64,000 nt of DNA, taken from contig JALSQI010000002.1 of NCBI GenBank assembly GCA_026985525.1, positions 131 through 64,130 of the forward strand, written 5' to 3'. The position numbers were made by a program, and so were the translations under genes. Below are positions 61,538 through 64,000 of this stretch, one piece after another. The stretch comes from Archaeoglobaceae archaeon. Lineage in GTDB: Archaea > Halobacteriota > Archaeoglobi > Archaeoglobales > Archaeoglobaceae. Each line of letters begins with the position of its first letter. The stretch's first letter is position 1. The notes under the pieces were generated by a model. The model worked only from the letters and a program-made list of their open reading frames with translations. It ran no database searches and was not told the origin of the DNA.

Positions 61538-63546
61538 CGAACCACCTCTATTTTAACTGCACATAACTTAAGTTCAGGAATCTTGGACTTTTCATCTAAA
61601 GCACAAACTGTAAGCTTATTTGCTGAAGATTCTGCGAAGTGGAAAGGAATGAAAACTACTCCCTTTTTTATATCACTAATCCTAACTTTTGCAAAAATCT
61701 CTCCTCTCTTTGATTTTACTTTAACACGACCCCCATCTTTTACTCCCAATTCCTTGGCATCTTCTGAATTGATTTCAACAAAACATTCGTTAATCTCTCC
61801 TTTTAAATGCTCACTTTTTCTTGTCATAGTTCCAGTATGGTAGTGAAATATTATTCTACCAGTTGTTAAAATAAAAGGATATTCATCATCTGGCTTTTCA
61901 AAAGGTTCTTTGTATTCTGCTATAGTAAACTTACCCAAACCATCGGATGTTGCGAACTTATCAGTATGTAGAATTGGCGTTCCGGGATAATCTTCTGTAG
62001 GACAGGGCCACTGTATTCCATTTATTTCTAATTTTTTGTAAGTAATACCCGCATACTGAGGTGTGACTTTTCTAATTTCGTTGAATATTTCTTCAGCACA
62101 TGAATAATTAAAACCTCTTAGCCCAACTTCCTTAGCAACCATTTTTATTATTTCCCAATCCGGTAAAGCATCAGGTAACTCAACAGCTTTTCTTATCAAC
62201 TGAACTCTCCTTTCAGTATTCGTAAAAGTTCCATCCTTTTCAGCCCAACAGCAAGCTGGTAATACTACATCTGCAAACTCCGCAGTATCACTAAGAAATA
62301 TATCTTGAACTACTAAGAAATCCAATTTCTTCAGACACTTTTTAACATGATTCACATCCGGATCTGAAACAATTGGATTCTCACCCATTATATATAAGAA
62401 TTTTATACTTTTTCCAGCTTCGTTAATCATTTCAGTAACTGTTAAACCAACATCGCCATTCAATTCGTACTTCCAGATTTCTTCAAACTTCTTCCGTATA
62501 TTCTTATCCGTAACCTTCTGATAACCCGGAAAAACGTCCGGTAAAGCCCCCATGTCACACGCTCCTTGAACATTATTTTGCCCTCTTAACGGATTAACAC
62601 CTGTTCCGGGTTTTCCTACGTTTCCAGTTAGTAATGCAAGATTACAGCAAGCTTTAACATTATCTGAACCATGACTAAACTGAGTTACACCCATACAATA
62701 GATTATTGAAGACTTATCTGATTCAGCATACATTCTTGCAGCTTTTTCAATCAATTCAGAGTTAATACCACAAATTTTTGAAACAAATTCAGGTGTATAT
62801 TTTTCTATAGATTTTGCAAATTCTTCAAATCCTTTTGTTCGTTTTTTAATGAATTCATAATCGTATAATCCTTCCTTCAATATTACATTCATAATTCCGT
62901 TTAAGAGGGCAACATTCGTTCCGGGATATATCTGAAGAAATACATCTGCAAACCTTGCTGTATGTGTTTTTCTTGGATCAACCACTATAATTTTAGAGTT
63001 GTTCTCTTTAGCCTTCAATATTCTCCTTGCTATTAAAGGGTGTTGTTCAAAAGTATTTGAACCAATCAACAATATGCAATTAGACTCCTCAATATCTTCT
63101 ATCGAATTAGTCATAGCACCGGAGCCAAATGCTTCTCCTAAACCTACAACAGTAGGAGCGTGACAAAGTCTTGCGCAGTGATCGATGTTGTTAGTGCCTA
63201 AGACTCTTGCAAACTTTTGAAGAACATAGTTTTCTTCATTTGTACATTTTGCAGAAGCAAAAAATCCAATTTCATCCTTATATTCTTTAATCATCTCAGC
63301 AATTATTGAAATTGCTTTATTCCATGCAATTTCTTGAAATTTATCATTTTTTCTTATTAAGGGCTTTTTTAACCTGTTTTCACTATGAACAAACTCAAAA
63401 CAATACCTGCCTTTTATACACAACTTACCCTCATTTACAGGATGAAATTTTGTTGGCTCCACACCCACTATTCTATTATCTACAACAATTAAACCAACAC
63501 CACAACCAACACCACAGTACGGGCAAACTGTATCAATGATTTTCAA
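61534..63546 (-). CDS. fdhA: formate dehydrogenase alpha subunit (molybdopterin/tungstopterin, Cys type)
   Basis: TTG start. N-terminal 4Fe-4S motif CPYCGVGCG, active-site region DHCARLCHAP with Cys rather than Sec, and MopB plus molybdopterin-binding domains. 4-nt overlap with fdhB. Confidence 0.85.
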   Translation of the reverse strand: MKIIDTVCPYCGVGCGVGLIVVDNRIVGVEPTKFHPVNEGKLCIKGRYCFEFVHSENRLKKPLIRKNDKFQEIAWNKAISIIAEMIKEYKDEIGFFASAKCTNEENYVLQKFARVLGTNNIDHCARLCHAPTVVGLGEAFGSGAMTNSIEDIEESNCILLIGSNTFEQHPLIARRILKAKENNSKIIVVDPRKTHTARFADVFLQIYPGTNVALLNGIMNVILKEGLYDYEFIKKRTKGFEEFAKSIEKYTPEFVSKICGINSELIEKAARMYAESDKSSIIYCMGVTQFSHGSDNVKACCNLALLTGNVGKPGTGVNPLRGQNNVQGACDMGALPDVFPGYQKVTDKNIRKKFEEIWKYELNGDVGLTVTEMINEAGKSIKFLYIMGENPIVSDPDVNHVKKCLKKLDFLVVQDIFLSDTAEFADVVLPACCWAEKDGTFTNTERRVQLIRKAVELPDALPDWEIIKMVAKEVGLRGFNYSCAEEIFNEIRKVTPQYAGITYKKLEINGIQWPCPTEDYPGTPILHTDKFATSDGLGKFTIAEYKEPFEKPDDEYPFILTTGRIIFHYHTGTMTRKSEHLKGEINECFVEINSEDAKELGVKDGGRVKVKSKRGEIFAKVRISDIKKGVVFIPFHFAESSANKLTVCALDEKSKIPELKLCAVKIEVVR

Positions 63547-63861
63547 AACTTCACCTCCGCTAAAACTTCAACAATACTTATGAAGATTTATCGTAATTTA
63601 TACTTTTTTAAGTTATCTTGATTTCTTAACACACGGTCTTTACTGCACGATAATGTAACTCTTAAACTTCGTTAATCGTTATTCTGATTTATTGTCTTTA
63701 TAATTTAATTTATAATTATAATTTATATAAAAAATTTAATAATTTTTCTTTATATAGATAATTGTAAATACATAGATAATCACTAAGCAATTACCGAGCA
63801 GAATCATAAGTTTTCTGAAATAATCCTAAAAAATTTTAACTCAAGTTATTGTTTCAAAGGT

Positions 63862-64000
63862 ATGAATGATGTAACAGAGAAATTGCTTAAAGCGAAGGAG
63901 AGAAAGGGTTTAACATTTGAACAAATTGCAAAAGAGTTGGGTAGAAATCCTGTGTGAGTTGCTGCACTATTTTACAGGCAAGCGACAGCATCTAAGGAGG
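63862..64000 (+). pseudogene. cynS: cyanase (cyanate hydratase)-like gene start, interrupted by in-frame TGA, truncated by window end
   Basis: The ATG at 63862 reads MNDVTEKLLKAKERKGLTFEQIAKELGRNPV-TGA-VAALFYRQATASKE. This matches the cyanase N-terminal domain pattern (LLxAKxxKGLTFxxIAxxLGRxEVWVAAxFYxQA). The stop at 63955-63957 falls where Trp or Phe is expected. Confidence 0.5.

Noticed and set aside
61534-63546. Selenocysteine-containing formate dehydrogenase or hydrogenase.
   Set aside because: FdhA reads through the active site as CARLCHAP with a Cys codon and has no internal TGA. The hydrogenase large subunit has Cys in both the N- and C-terminal Ni-binding motifs.
63547-63861. Extremely AT-rich 315-nt spacer (TATAATTTAATTTATAATTATAATTTATATAAAAAATTTAATAATTT) as a possible replication origin.
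   Set aside because: I could recognise no ORB or mini-ORB-like repeats, and there is no adjacent cdc6/orc1 gene. It is more simply a divergent promoter region between fdhA and the cyanase-like gene.

Overview
The window is a dense, mostly housekeeping chromosomal segment of a hyperthermophilic euryarchaeon. From sampled lines I estimate about 40-42% GC; I did not compute this. The gene content looks Archaeoglobales-like or methanogen-related: FwdA, a group-3 [NiFe] hydrogenase, form III RuBisCO, tungsten AOR, archaeal-type PEP carboxylase, fused IPCT/DIPPS and F420-type FdhAB. I cannot assign a species. I call about 60 protein genes and three tRNAs: Pro-GGG, Arg-UCU and Phe-GAA. There is no rRNA, CRISPR array, transposase or integrase. 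Replication and information-processing genes include RFC large subunit, Hef, PolD small subunit, ValRS, Elp3, KsgA, Csl4, RpoL, NAC, TrmI and AglB. I do not see a compelling, self-contained novel multi-gene system. The observations most worth a second look are: (1) a 2.6-kb gene graveyard at 1.7-4.3 kb holding PIN, GT2, WecB and FmdE-like remnants, with TGA at two predicted Trp positions, plus a cyanase-like gene at the right edge with TGA at a conserved Trp codon; (2) a biotin-carrier gene with two biotinyl domains that share a 142-nt perfectly identical tract; (3) a tandemly duplicated TauE/SafE + small-membrane-protein cassette, promoter included, containing a 53-nt identity tract, and a third low-GC TauE nearby; (4) an FtsZ/tubulin-fold protein whose GTP-binding signature is eroded; (5) a HARP-type (RNA-free RNase P) PIN protein translationally coupled to a TtuA/NcsA-type tRNA thiolase; (6) a UbiD-like decarboxylase and aconitase-X large subunit (modified archaeal mevalonate pathway) in an overlapping pair, with the small subunit 36 kb away; (7) low-GC segments, about 30-33% in sampled lines, carrying a Methanococcales-like fdhAB next to tRNA-Phe and the ttuA-tauE pair; (8) form III RuBisCO sitting directly downstream of the hydrogenase genes and carrying an apparent C-terminal extension. 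All functional calls rest on motif and family recognition by eye, not on database searches.
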